Positions 1 to 9,266 of a stretch of DNA of 64,000 nt are shown here, piece after piece. This stretch comes from Cyanobacteria bacterium P01_A01_bin.123. GTDB lineage: Bacteria; Cyanobacteriota; Cyanobacteriia; Phormidesmidales; Phormidesmidaceae. The number at the start of each line of letters is the position of its first letter. Position 1 is the first letter of the stretch. The stretch is from positions 1 to 64,000 of the forward strand of contig JBCBZT010000010.1 of NCBI GenBank assembly GCA_039815185.1. The letters are read 5' to 3'. The notes beneath the pieces are model-generated. The model ran no database searches, had not been told where the DNA came from, and saw nothing but the letters and a program-made list of their open reading frames with translations. The position numbers and the translations under genes were made by a program.

Positions 1-1
1 A

Positions 2-175
2 CTCACTCATAGCCTGACATTTGAGCAAGGAGAGGGGCTGGTTAATTTTCTGCCACAATTAGGAGTCGGTATCTTTGGTGGATGGAGCGCCGCAATCTTG
101 TTTACTCTGCTACTGAGTTCATCTCTATTTTTGCGATGGCGGTTTGGAGGCTGGCAAAAAATTAGTTCGAGATAG
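2..175 (+). CDS. C-terminal end of a membrane protein, probably a MATE-family efflux transporter (partial, runs off the window start)
   Basis: Open frame 2-175 reads LTHSLTFEQGEGLVNFLPQLGVGIFGGWSAAILFTLLLSSSLFLRWRFGGWQKISSR*. A last TM helix followed by RWRxxxW resembles MATE C-termini. Confidence 0.5.
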   Translation, partial: LTHSLTFEQGEGLVNFLPQLGVGIFGGWSAAILFTLLLSSSLFLRWRFGGWQKISSR

Positions 176-362
176 AGCACAGCCTACTGGTTAGGTGTAA
201 TTTTCTCACAAATATCCTCTGGATAATCACCTGAAGATTTAACTGAGGCAGTCCAACTACTATTAATTAGAGAGAAAGTTTCCACCTAAGCACCCTATAT
301 GGCAGATTAGGTGGAAAAATTTCAGCCTAATTCCCCTCTGGAGGTGATTAGGTGGAAAATCG

Positions 363-908
363 TCAGCCTAATTCCCCATATAGGTGCTCCACCCCTTGTG
401 GATCGACCTGTTGTAGCAAATCAGCGATCGCGTTACCAGATATCGGCTCAACCCAATCAGCGGCAATTTCGGCCAGGGGAACTAACACAAAAGCGCGATC
501 GCCCATACGCGGATGAGGCACCTCCAAAATCGGCGTCTTGAGGATCACGTCTCCATACAGCAGCAGATCTAAATCAAGGGTACGTGGCCCCCACTGCACT
601 CGTCGTTCGCGGCCAAAGTGGGCTTCGATCGCCAGCAGCGTTTTGAGTAAGGCTTCCGGAGCCAGATGGGTTGAAAACAGCACACAGGCATTCAGGTAGT
701 CCGGCTGGGGCGGGCCAACTGGGGCCGTGCGATACAGGCTGGAATAGGCTGTCAGGGCGACGCCTGGGGTTTGATTCAGCAGGACAACTGCGGATTGCAG
801 CGTGGCTAGAGAATCGCCCAGGTTGCTTCCCAACGCGATCGCCCCTGAAACCTGACCGATAAATTCTGCCCTGGATGCCCCGCCCTGCGCCCCCAAAGTA
901 GCCGTCAT
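363..908 (-). CDS. folK: 2-amino-4-hydroxy-6-hydroxymethyldihydropteridine diphosphokinase (HPPK)
   Basis: IALGSNLG, QPDYLNA, WGPRTLDLDLL and PHPRM..RAFVLVPL motifs. Confidence 0.95.
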   Translation of the reverse strand: MTATLGAQGGASRAEFIGQVSGAIALGSNLGDSLATLQSAVVLLNQTPGVALTAYSSLYRTAPVGPPQPDYLNACVLFSTHLAPEALLKTLLAIEAHFGRERRVQWGPRTLDLDLLLYGDVILKTPILEVPHPRMGDRAFVLVPLAEIAADWVEPISGNAIADLLQQVDPQGVEHLYGELG

Positions 909-910
909 TG

Positions 911-1537
911 TTATCCCTCGTGCAGAACCCGATAAACGTTGAGGGCAAGGCCAGAGATTTCAACCGTTGATGGCTCAGTCTCTAGGTTAGACGAGCAGTT
1001 GGCAAAAGCTGCTGCCGTCAACAGGATTTCGTTGTGCCCAGCCAGATCCTCCCCCAGTTTAGAAGCCAGATTCATCTCATGGCCAAACACATCTCGACCA
1101 CCCACAACCAGCACTTCCCCATGACCAATTCCGACACTGGCGCTGAGTCCAGCAGCGTTGAGCTGATCTAATACGTCACCCGCTGCACTCACAGCCTGAT
1201 CAGCATTCGGAAAGGTGACATAGATGTTATCGGCTTCAGCCTTAAGCAATTGACCCCCATGCTTAGCAACTAGAGGGGTCACAATTTTGCGCATCTGATA
1301 AATGTTGAGTAAGGCTGGAATAATCCCTTGCTGCTCGGTTTTGCGAGAAAACCCGGCAGAATCGAGAATCCAAACTGATCGAGTTTGCGCAAAGGTCTGA
1401 CGAATACGGGTATCAATTTCAGCTGCACGCTCAGGATATTGACTGCGATCGCGCAGCAATGACTCAAATACCGCAACGGTATCTTGCCGAATTTTGGGGC
1501 GAACCTGGGTCTCAGCCAGGCGCGTTTGGATAGACAT
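911..1537 (-). CDS. Stand-alone class III adenylate/guanylate cyclase-domain protein
   Basis: LDSAGFS and KAEADN metal-binding Asp motifs; VGIGHGEV...DVFGHEMNLASKL. Confidence 0.8.
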   Translation of the reverse strand: MSIQTRLAETQVRPKIRQDTVAVFESLLRDRSQYPERAAEIDTRIRQTFAQTRSVWILDSAGFSRKTEQQGIIPALLNIYQMRKIVTPLVAKHGGQLLKAEADNIYVTFPNADQAVSAAGDVLDQLNAAGLSASVGIGHGEVLVVGGRDVFGHEMNLASKLGEDLAGHNEILLTAAAFANCSSNLETEPSTVEISGLALNVYRVLHEG

Positions 1538-1539
1538 AA

Positions 1540-1857
1540 TTAAACAAAGGCACTTAGGCGCTCCACCATCTGCTCTACTGTCTGCACCCCTTCAATCCGA
1601 TCTACAGGCTGGCCTTGTTTAAACAGCACCAACGTGGGCAATGCATAAACGTTATGTTGGGAAGCCAGGTTTGGGTAACGATCGGTATCAATCTTAACCA
1701 CCTTGAGTCTGCCCTTAAGTTGGGCATTGACTTGTTCTAGAATACCCGCCATAAGCTGACATGGCCCACACCAGTGGGCATAAAAATCCACCAATACGGG
1801 TATTTGAGCTGCATCTAACATGTCTTGAAAGCTGCCAAAGGTCTGCTTTGTCGCCAT
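1540..1857 (-). CDS. trxA: Thioredoxin
   Basis: VLVDFYAHWCGPC active site; 105 aa. Confidence 0.93.
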   Translation of the reverse strand: MATKQTFGSFQDMLDAAQIPVLVDFYAHWCGPCQLMAGILEQVNAQLKGRLKVVKIDTDRYPNLASQHNVYALPTLVLFKQGQPVDRIEGVQTVEQMVERLSAFV

Positions 1858-1944
1858 AGCAACCTCTCCTATAAATGTGTGCCTAAGTATTTATCGAGGA
1901 AATGCCCTCGTGTCTCTAATGACTCGTATCAGAAAACTGTCTCG

Positions 1945-2001
1945 AAGTCAGGAGTCAGAATCCAGCTCTTGACTCACTTCTGATTTCTAGCTTCTGACTT
2001 C
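1945..2001. repeat. Short heptamer-type repeats in inverted arrangement (AGTCAGG/AGTCAGA ... TCTGATT/TCTGACT)
   Basis: Seen in the trxA-fabG divergent intergenic region; resembles cyanobacterial short tandem repeats. Confidence 0.45.
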
Positions 2002-2133
2002 CTCACCCGGCGAATTCTCTAAAACTTAAGTCATATTCCCTCATCCTAGCCTCACCGCTTTAAGGATTATGCTGACTTCCCACAATGACTTAAGATAATT
2101 GAGCAATTTGTAAACTTTTCAGGAATTTGTTGA

Positions 2134-2898
<765 letters not shown>

Positions 2899-2907
2899 TG
2901 GACCTGA

Positions 2908-5025
2908 TTACTTTCTGGCAACACTCTGGTGGACTTGTGCTTCCAGCTCTTGCCAAGTATGGGCGGGCAATTGACAGCTCAGTCCTTGGCAAATCAAGCC
3001 GACAGTATCGTTCTCCAGATCGGCTTCGAGGCGAGCCACAGCAGTCGGCAAATATTGGCTGCTTAAACGTTTAACAGTCTCAGCGTCAGCGCAAATCAGC
3101 GTTTGATTGTGAAACCAGTCAAGCGCGGTAAACAAGGTTGGGCAACGCTGGGGCGTATTGACCATGACACTGCTAAAAGCGTGCAGCGCCTGTTCCGCCC
3201 GATCGAGATAGGCCGTCTCCTCAGTGCAGAGAAAGAGGCGCACCAGATTGGCAATCGCCACCCCATTAGCTGAAGGCAGTGAGCTATCGTCGTAGCCCCG
3301 TTCCTGTATGGCTAAGCTGCTCCCGGTATCGGTATTGTAATACCCTCCCAAATCTGCGCTCCAGAGGGCGTGATCAAACGCTTGCTGTAGCCTTATAGCT
3401 TGGTCAAGCCAGGTTAGGGGAGGTGCATCCAGGCTCGCTGGCGGGAAAGCAGATTGCGCCTGTTCAAGATCCAGTAGGGCTTTGATCAGCAGGGCATAGT
3501 CTTCTGCCTGGGCAGTAATACTGGGGCGATCGCCGTAGTTGATCCGGTAGAAGCGTTGGGGTGATTCTGCTGCTGCATCAGTCATCCACTGATGCTTGAG
3601 GATAAACTGGGCTGCCACCGTCGCCAGATCGAAGTAGTCCACATTTTGAAACACGGTGGCAGCTCTGGCCAATCCTGAAATCATCAGGCTGTTCCAAGCT
3701 ACGATCATTTTGGTGTCGGTAACTGGCGGAATCCGTCCTGGCCAGGGATGGGTTTTGGCCATCTGGCGATCACGGGCAGGCGGGAATGGAGAAGCGCTTT
3801 CGGGTGCGGTTCCATAGCGGATGACGAAGAGCTTAGCCAATGCCGTGTCGATAAGATCGGAGAGTGGCCCCTGTTGATAGCGCTGTAGAACGATGTTGCC
3901 CGACTGCTGGGGCAATGTAGGCTCAACAAAATTTCCCGATTGCGTGACTGTAAACTGCTCTGTTAAGGCGTGTAGTTCCGCTGACGTAAGGGATTGTTCG
4001 AGTTCGCTGTAGCGCCAGATATAGAACGCCCCTTCCTCAGGTTCAACCGCTGCCGGGGTGACAAAACTATCGGCATCTTGGGCGGCGTAGAAATAGCCTT
4101 GGGGAGCGGTCATTTCCCGTTTGAGCCAGGTAACCGTTTGGGTGATCGCCCTTTCTATGGCAGGCTCATGTATGCCGGTGCTCCACAAATCCGCCAGGTA
4201 CTCGACAATCTGCCCATTGTCGTAGAGCATTTTCTCGAAGTGGGGCACCGTCCAAGTGGGATCTACGGTGTAGCGGTGGAATCCCCCACCAACATGGTCA
4301 AAAATGCCGCCGAGTGACAGGTCTAGCCCCCGCTGCTGACAAATGCCAGCGGCCCCATAGGGGGTATGGGGTGGATCAAACCGAGCTTTTCGCAGGGCAG
4401 CATTGGCGTAAGGAATCATCGGAAAACTGGGGCCGTTGCCCAGGGAAATCAGCGCCTCTGGATAGTGATCTAGCCCCCGGTGCAGCAGATCGGCAGATAG
4501 GTTGCGTTCTGTCGCAGTTGGGGTGGGTTGCAGGCGCTCGAAAATTTCAGCCTTAATGGCTGCAACCCTGTCAGCCCCGGTGTCGTAAACGTGGCGAATC
4601 TGATGCAGCACGTTGAGGAACCCAGGTTTGCCATACTTGGGTTCAAGGGGGAAATAGGTGCCGCCATAAAATGGCAGGTGATCGTGGGGTGAGAGAAAAA
4701 GATTGAGGGGCCAGCCTTTAGCGCCGGTCATGATCTGCAATGCCTGCATATAAAGGCTATCGAGATCAGGACGCTCTTCTCGATCCACCTTGATCGGCAG
4801 AAAGTTGTCATTCATGTAGGTAGCGATCGCCTGATCAGAAAAGGCCTCGCCTTCCATGACGGTGCACCAGTGGCAACTTGAATAACCAATCGACAAAAAG
4901 ATCGGCAGGTTTTCTTGTTTTGCGGTTTCCAGGGCGTCATCACACCAGGGCCACCAATTAATTGGGTTTTCCGCGTGCTTGCGGAGATAGAGGCTGTCAG
5001 CGTGGACAAGGCGATTCATGGGCAA
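2908..5025 (-). CDS. Thioredoxin-domain (DUF255)/six-hairpin glycosidase-like protein, YyaL/SPATA20 family
   Basis: N-terminal SLYLRKHAENPINW, GYSSCHWCTVM, KVDREERPD, PHFEKMLYDN. Confidence 0.9.
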   Translation of the reverse strand: MPMNRLVHADSLYLRKHAENPINWWPWCDDALETAKQENLPIFLSIGYSSCHWCTVMEGEAFSDQAIATYMNDNFLPIKVDREERPDLDSLYMQALQIMTGAKGWPLNLFLSPHDHLPFYGGTYFPLEPKYGKPGFLNVLHQIRHVYDTGADRVAAIKAEIFERLQPTPTATERNLSADLLHRGLDHYPEALISLGNGPSFPMIPYANAALRKARFDPPHTPYGAAGICQQRGLDLSLGGIFDHVGGGFHRYTVDPTWTVPHFEKMLYDNGQIVEYLADLWSTGIHEPAIERAITQTVTWLKREMTAPQGYFYAAQDADSFVTPAAVEPEEGAFYIWRYSELEQSLTSAELHALTEQFTVTQSGNFVEPTLPQQSGNIVLQRYQQGPLSDLIDTALAKLFVIRYGTAPESASPFPPARDRQMAKTHPWPGRIPPVTDTKMIVAWNSLMISGLARAATVFQNVDYFDLATVAAQFILKHQWMTDAAAESPQRFYRINYGDRPSITAQAEDYALLIKALLDLEQAQSAFPPASLDAPPLTWLDQAIRLQQAFDHALWSADLGGYYNTDTGSSLAIQERGYDDSSLPSANGVAIANLVRLFLCTEETAYLDRAEQALHAFSSVMVNTPQRCPTLFTALDWFHNQTLICADAETVKRLSSQYLPTAVARLEADLENDTVGLICQGLSCQLPAHTWQELEAQVHQSVARK

Positions 5026-5077
5026 CCCCGGTGAGATGCGAACAAACCTAATCCTAGAATTCAGTCATAGCCTGCTT

Positions 5078-5107
5078 TAAACCTTGTCCAGGTCTGGACT
5101 TGGTTTA
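5078..5107 (-). terminator. Hairpin just downstream of the amiE-led operon (candidate terminator)
   Basis: TAAACC-TT-GTCCAG-GT-CTGGAC-TT-GGTTTA inverted repeat about 30 bp after the DUF1636 stop. Confidence 0.45.
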
Positions 5108-5134
5108 GGCATTGGTCAGCGGGCACTTCCGCTG

Positions 5135-5551
5135 TTAATCACTAACCGCAACCGATTGGTCCGGCAGGGGTGGGAGTCGAGCTAAGGCTTTCTTTCTGAG
5201 CAAGTTGGGACACTGCATATGCTTGACAGTCCCATCTGTAGCCTTAAAGTACTGATCGGCATACTCCAAAACGGCACTGGCAATCGGCTCTAATTGGTCG
5301 CTGTCAACTGGCAAATTAGCCAGCAAATAAGTGTTTTTGCCCGGGGCACTGAGGGCAACGGCACAGTCTTGATTGCACACGCCGAAACAGTCAAAGGGAT
5401 GAATAGCAAACTCCGTTTGCAGAGACCACCCTTGATAGAGCAGTCTGAGCTTTTCTAACAGGCGATCGCCCCCGCTGACCCGAATCGGCTGCTTGGTACG
5501 ATGGGCACTCGCGCAGGTTGTGCAGACAAAAATGGTGTGTTGATAACCCAT
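5135..5551 (-). CDS. DUF1636-family Cys-rich metal-binding protein (thioredoxin-like ferredoxin fold)
   Basis: IFVCTTC ... DCFGVCNQDCAVAL ... LARLPP pattern; ATG at 5551 avoids overlap with the TPR gene. Confidence 0.8.
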   Translation of the reverse strand: MGYQHTIFVCTTCASAHRTKQPIRVSGGDRLLEKLRLLYQGWSLQTEFAIHPFDCFGVCNQDCAVALSAPGKNTYLLANLPVDSDQLEPIASAVLEYADQYFKATDGTVKHMQCPNLLRKKALARLPPLPDQSVAVSD

Positions 5552-5610
5552 GTTTATGCCCAATTGCTGTTTGAAATCACTTTTGGGGATGCCGATCACG
5601 CGAGTTCGGC

Positions 5611-5886
5611 CTAAGCTTCGCGGGTTAATTGGCTCAGCATTTTCAGCGCGTACTGGTGCTTTTTCAATTGGTCTTGTGCCAAGTAAAGCTGTGCGGCTTT
5701 CTGACAGTCTGCGATCGCGCCCGCTCGGTCTCCCAATTTGTGACGGGCTACACACCGATAGCCATAGCCATCAGCATTGTTGGGCACAAGCTCTAGCAAA
5801 CGGTTGAAGTTTTCAAGGGCGGCCTGAAAGTCACCGACTTGAGCAAGAGTCCGCCCCTGTTTAAAGATGGCTTCGGTCAGTGTCAT
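5611..5886 (-). CDS. Small tetratricopeptide-repeat protein
   Basis: Two TPR-like helix pairs (GDFQAALENFNRLLELVP; LGDRAGAIADCQKAAQLY). Confidence 0.8.
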   Translation of the reverse strand: MTLTEAIFKQGRTLAQVGDFQAALENFNRLLELVPNNADGYGYRCVARHKLGDRAGAIADCQKAAQLYLAQDQLKKHQYALKMLSQLTREA

Positions 5887-5935
5887 AGGTTGATATCAGA
5901 CCTCCATCGCCAGCATTAACCGCTAGCGCTAAGAC

Positions 5936-6925
5936 TTAGCCAGGGACAACACAATTGAAAAAGCCTTCGCTAAACTCATCGCGATTGAGATTGCGGCCAA
6001 TCACAACAAAGTCGCTGCGCTTGGTTTCATCAGGCTTCCATTGGCGATCGCGGCGCATGGAAGTGAGCATCCGTACGCTTTGAAATAGCACCCGCTCTGA
6101 AAAGCCCCGGGCGTAAAACAAACCCTTGGTGCGATAGAGATCTTCCCCTTTTTCCATCGCCACATTGTTCATCCACATCATGAATTTGTTGATGTCGATG
6201 GGCTGCTCAGAACTGAGGGCAAAGGAGCCGACTTCAGCATCGTGCTCATGATCCAGGTCTTCGAGAAAAGCCGGATCAACCTCTAGCTTGGCAGCCAGCT
6301 CAAAGGCATTGACGCCTAAAATTTTGGCCGGGTCAATCACGCTGTTTTCGGTGTGATGGATGGTGGCTAGGGGGTTAAGCGATCGCAACTTTTGCTCAAT
6401 CTCGGCCAGCTCCTCGGCATCTACCAAGTCGGTTTTGTTGAGCAAAATAATGTCGGCGAAGGCCACCTGCTCTTGGGCCTCGTGGCTGCGGTCTAAGCTG
6501 CGCTCCAGATTACAGGCATCCACCACGGTGATGAAGGAATCCAGCTGGATGCTGGGCTTGATTTCCTCAGATACAAAAAAGGTGGAAGCCACTGGGGCCG
6601 GGTCGGCCAAGCCTGTGGTTTCAATCAAAATGGCATCTAGCTCGGCCCGCTGGGTTAAACCCGTTAAGGTTTTGACTAGATCATCCCGAACGGTGCAGCA
6701 GAGGCAGCCGTTGTTGAATTCCACCAGTTGCTCATCGTCGTCTTCGACGACAATCTGACCGTCGATGCCGATTTCGCCAAACTCATTGACAATCACGGCG
6801 ATTTTCTTGCCGCGTTGCTCTTTCAGCAGGTAGTTAATCAAGGTGGTTTTGCCAGAACCCAGGAACCCGGTCACTACAGTGGCCGGAATGCGAGTTTTAG
6901 GCTGAGGCGGTGATGTCGTGACCAT
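5936..6925 (-). CDS. COG0523/CobW-family GTPase metallochaperone
   Basis: [11 protein letters not shown]alker [15 protein letters not shown] metal motif, [12 protein letters not shown], short HEH linker, CobW_C domain. Start at ATG 6925 with GAGG upstream. Confidence 0.92.
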   Translation of the reverse strand: MVTTSPPQPKTRIPATVVTGFLGSGKTTLINYLLKEQRGKKIAVIVNEFGEIGIDGQIVVEDDDEQLVEFNNGCLCCTVRDDLVKTLTGLTQRAELDAILIETTGLADPAPVASTFFVSEEIKPSIQLDSFITVVDACNLERSLDRSHEAQEQVAFADIILLNKTDLVDAEELAEIEQKLRSLNPLATIHHTENSVIDPAKILGVNAFELAAKLEVDPAFLEDLDHEHDAEVGSFALSSEQPIDINKFMMWMNNVAMEKGEDLYRTKGLFYARGFSERVLFQSVRMLTSMRRDRQWKPDETKRSDFVVIGRNLNRDEFSEGFFNCVVPG

Positions 6926-6967
6926 ATGCGATTCCTCAAGGGACGGTTTTCGTTTCCGGCAGGGGCC

Positions 6968-6995
6968 GTAGGGGCGCACAGCCGTGCGCCCCTAC
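6968..6995. repeat. GTAG-type REP-like palindrome
   Basis: GTAGGGGCGCAC-AGCC-GTGCGCCCCTAC perfect 12-bp stem in the intergenic gap. Confidence 0.75.
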
Positions 6996-7002
6996 CATCC
7001 GG

Positions 7003-8652
7003 TTACGGGGTAGGCACAACGGTTTTAGTCATCGCTGCAATCCCTTCCTGCAAGATGTCGCGACGGGTGGACTCAACCACGGCATCGCCTCGAATTGCAT
7101 CGTAGGGAACCACCACCCAGCAGGCGCAGCCCCAGAGACATTCCCCGGCCATACCCTCAAAGCGGATCGCGGGCTCTGACATCATCACGCCCAGATCCAG
7201 CAGCCAGGAATGGTGCAGCAGCTTTTCTTCCCAGGTGAGGGTGTCGTACTTGTCACGACTCTCATAAAAGGCAACAAAGTCGGTCTTGGCCACGCCGGGC
7301 AGCATCACGTCGGCAAAGGCCGTCAGGTGATCAAAGAATTCCCGGTGGGTCACCTTGATGCCCGAGTCTTCAGAATCCACTAAGAAACTGGAGATGGTTT
7401 CCTTGAACTTTGCGTCCAGCTTTTCATTCCACATTTCCCGAGGGGAATGGATGATGCATTCGGCGTAGTCGGTCTTAAAGCTGGGCTTGAGCCCAGAGAA
7501 TTCAGGCATGTGATCGATCCACTGGCTGATCACTTGACGCCACTTGCTCAGGGGTTCACCGGGCAACACCTGTACCGCCGGGTGGGTGAACTTAGCAACG
7601 TTGTAGAGTGCCCAGCTGTGATCTTTGGGACTGATGGCCTCGTGGGGTGCGGTGGTCATACCAACTAGGCGCAGGGCCTTGAATAGGGTGCGACCGTAGT
7701 CATCTAGGGCGATGCGCATAAAGGCATCGGCCACAAACTTATGGGTGACCTGTAAACGCATGCGATCGCGCACTTTTTGCTCACCGGTATTGGTGTAGCG
7801 GGTGAGGCGCTGCCAGGAGTTTTCCGTAGATAGGGCGAAGAAGCCGCCAGTGAAGGGGTTGCGGTAGAGATCACCCCAGACCGTGACAACGCCCTGGTTC
7901 TTGTCGTCATCGAGCATGCAGTCCAGTTCGTTGAAGGTGGGGAAGAGATTACCGCTGCGATAGATTTCGGGATCTCCGCTGCAGGGTAGGGTACCCACAC
8001 CGACGACGGGAATGCGACGACCCAGCTTGATGTTGGCCAGATGTCGGGCTAGATCCACCACGATGCCGCTGCCAGTGCCGTCACCCATGCCGAAGGATAC
8101 TAGCACCATTGAGGGCAGTCTGGTCTGGTCAACGCTGGTGGCAAAGTCTTCTAGTTCTTTCTCTAGGGGTCTATCACCGTCGTAGTAGGCTTTGCCATAG
8201 ATCGCTTTGGCGATCGCCCGTGGGAAATAGTCACCCGCCTCAGGAATCTCCACATTGTCCGGTAGCCAGGGTTCGTAGTTGGGGTTCCAGTAGTAGCGGG
8301 GATACTCCAGCTTCAAAAATTCTCGGAAGCGCCGCAGCGAGGTGAACAGTTCATCGCGGCTCGGTACCGCCATGGGGGCAAAGCGAATTTGGACACGATC
8401 GGTCGGGATGTTGCGCTCTTTCAACCGCTCGATGAAGCCGTCAGCATAGTCCTTCGCCTGGTGCATATCCTGGTCGCCGATATCGACAACCAGCGCCGTG
8501 AACCGCGCCCGCGGATCTTCCAAAATGTCTTCTAACTCGCCCGTGCGCAGCATCGAATCCAACATGCCGGCTCCCGTCTTGCCAATGCCCACAAAGTGGA
8601 GGCAATGGGGGGACTGAGATCCCGAAGCGCTATGGTACATGGATAGTGGCAT
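7003..8652 (-). CDS. Tubulin/FtsZ-fold protein with C-terminal CLWGCAC motif; putative ANHase-type nitrile hydratase subunit
   Basis: VGIGKTG, VDIGD, FGMGDGTGSG (tubulin signature variant). Shares long near-identical blocks with 9267-10808. Lies in an amidase/COG0523 context. Confidence 0.7.
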   Translation of the reverse strand: MPLSMYHSASGSQSPHCLHFVGIGKTGAGMLDSMLRTGELEDILEDPRARFTALVVDIGDQDMHQAKDYADGFIERLKERNIPTDRVQIRFAPMAVPSRDELFTSLRRFREFLKLEYPRYYWNPNYEPWLPDNVEIPEAGDYFPRAIAKAIYGKAYYDGDRPLEKELEDFATSVDQTRLPSMVLVSFGMGDGTGSGIVVDLARHLANIKLGRRIPVVGVGTLPCSGDPEIYRSGNLFPTFNELDCMLDDDKNQGVVTVWGDLYRNPFTGGFFALSTENSWQRLTRYTNTGEQKVRDRMRLQVTHKFVADAFMRIALDDYGRTLFKALRLVGMTTAPHEAISPKDHSWALYNVAKFTHPAVQVLPGEPLSKWRQVISQWIDHMPEFSGLKPSFKTDYAECIIHSPREMWNEKLDAKFKETISSFLVDSEDSGIKVTHREFFDHLTAFADVMLPGVAKTDFVAFYESRDKYDTLTWEEKLLHHSWLLDLGVMMSEPAIRFEGMAGECLWGCACWVVVPYDAIRGDAVVESTRRDILQEGIAAMTKTVVPTP

Positions 8653-8818
8653 TATTCAGTCTCCTTTTTCGTACTTGACGTCGTGAAATTGCACGGTTGC
8701 TCAAAACTGGGGCACTCGCGAACGAGCCCCGATAAATCGCCTTAATAGCTAACTACCCATGACAGTTGTCGCTATGACCGTTATTGCTAAGACCATCACA
8801 GCCAAGGCACTAGCGGCC

Positions 8819-9145
8819 CTAGCACATGGGATAGAAACCCGTATCCTCAGTCAGAATGCCTAGATCTTTGAGAATGTGGGCAGCCGATGTCGCCCGCTCA
8901 TCAGCCACATAGATCCGGTAATCTTCGACGAACTGGCCAGGCTCCCGGCCGATGATCCCTTCTTCAATTAAGGTCACGCCCTTTTCAAGGTTTTCTCGAC
9001 TCAAGCTGGCCGACCAGAGGGGTGACTTGATGTAGATTTTTTCGTCATCCGCCCCGGTGACCTGAAGAATTTTGTTACCCGCAACGGTTGGTACCTGCGC
9101 CCCGTTGCCATACTTCTGTGTGACGATTGACCAGTCTAACGACAT
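8819..9145 (-). CDS. Small (108 aa) conserved-looking protein between the two paralogs; putative AnhE-like metallochaperone
   Basis: ATG 9145 with upstream AAGGGGG; alternative in-frame ATG 9253. Ends in ...YPMC. Function inferred from position and size only. Confidence 0.6.
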   Translation of the reverse strand: MSLDWSIVTQKYGNGAQVPTVAGNKILQVTGADDEKIYIKSPLWSASLSRENLEKGVTLIEEGIIGREPGQFVEDYRIYVADERATSAAHILKDLGILTEDTGFYPMC

Positions 9146-9266
9146 CTGTGTAGCCCCCTTATGTGGTTGACGCGATGACAGTTTGCTCAAGCTCGTCTCG
9201 ACTCTCTTCCAGGCTTTCGCCCCAAATTGAGCGATTGACCAATCTAGCGGCATGGGTAGAACTCCC

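Noticed and set aside
5058..5075. 12-bp match (GAATTCAGTCAT) to the tRNA-derived repeat as a possible left att site
   Set aside because: It is short, in inverted orientation, and has no nearby integrase; it is compatible with chance.
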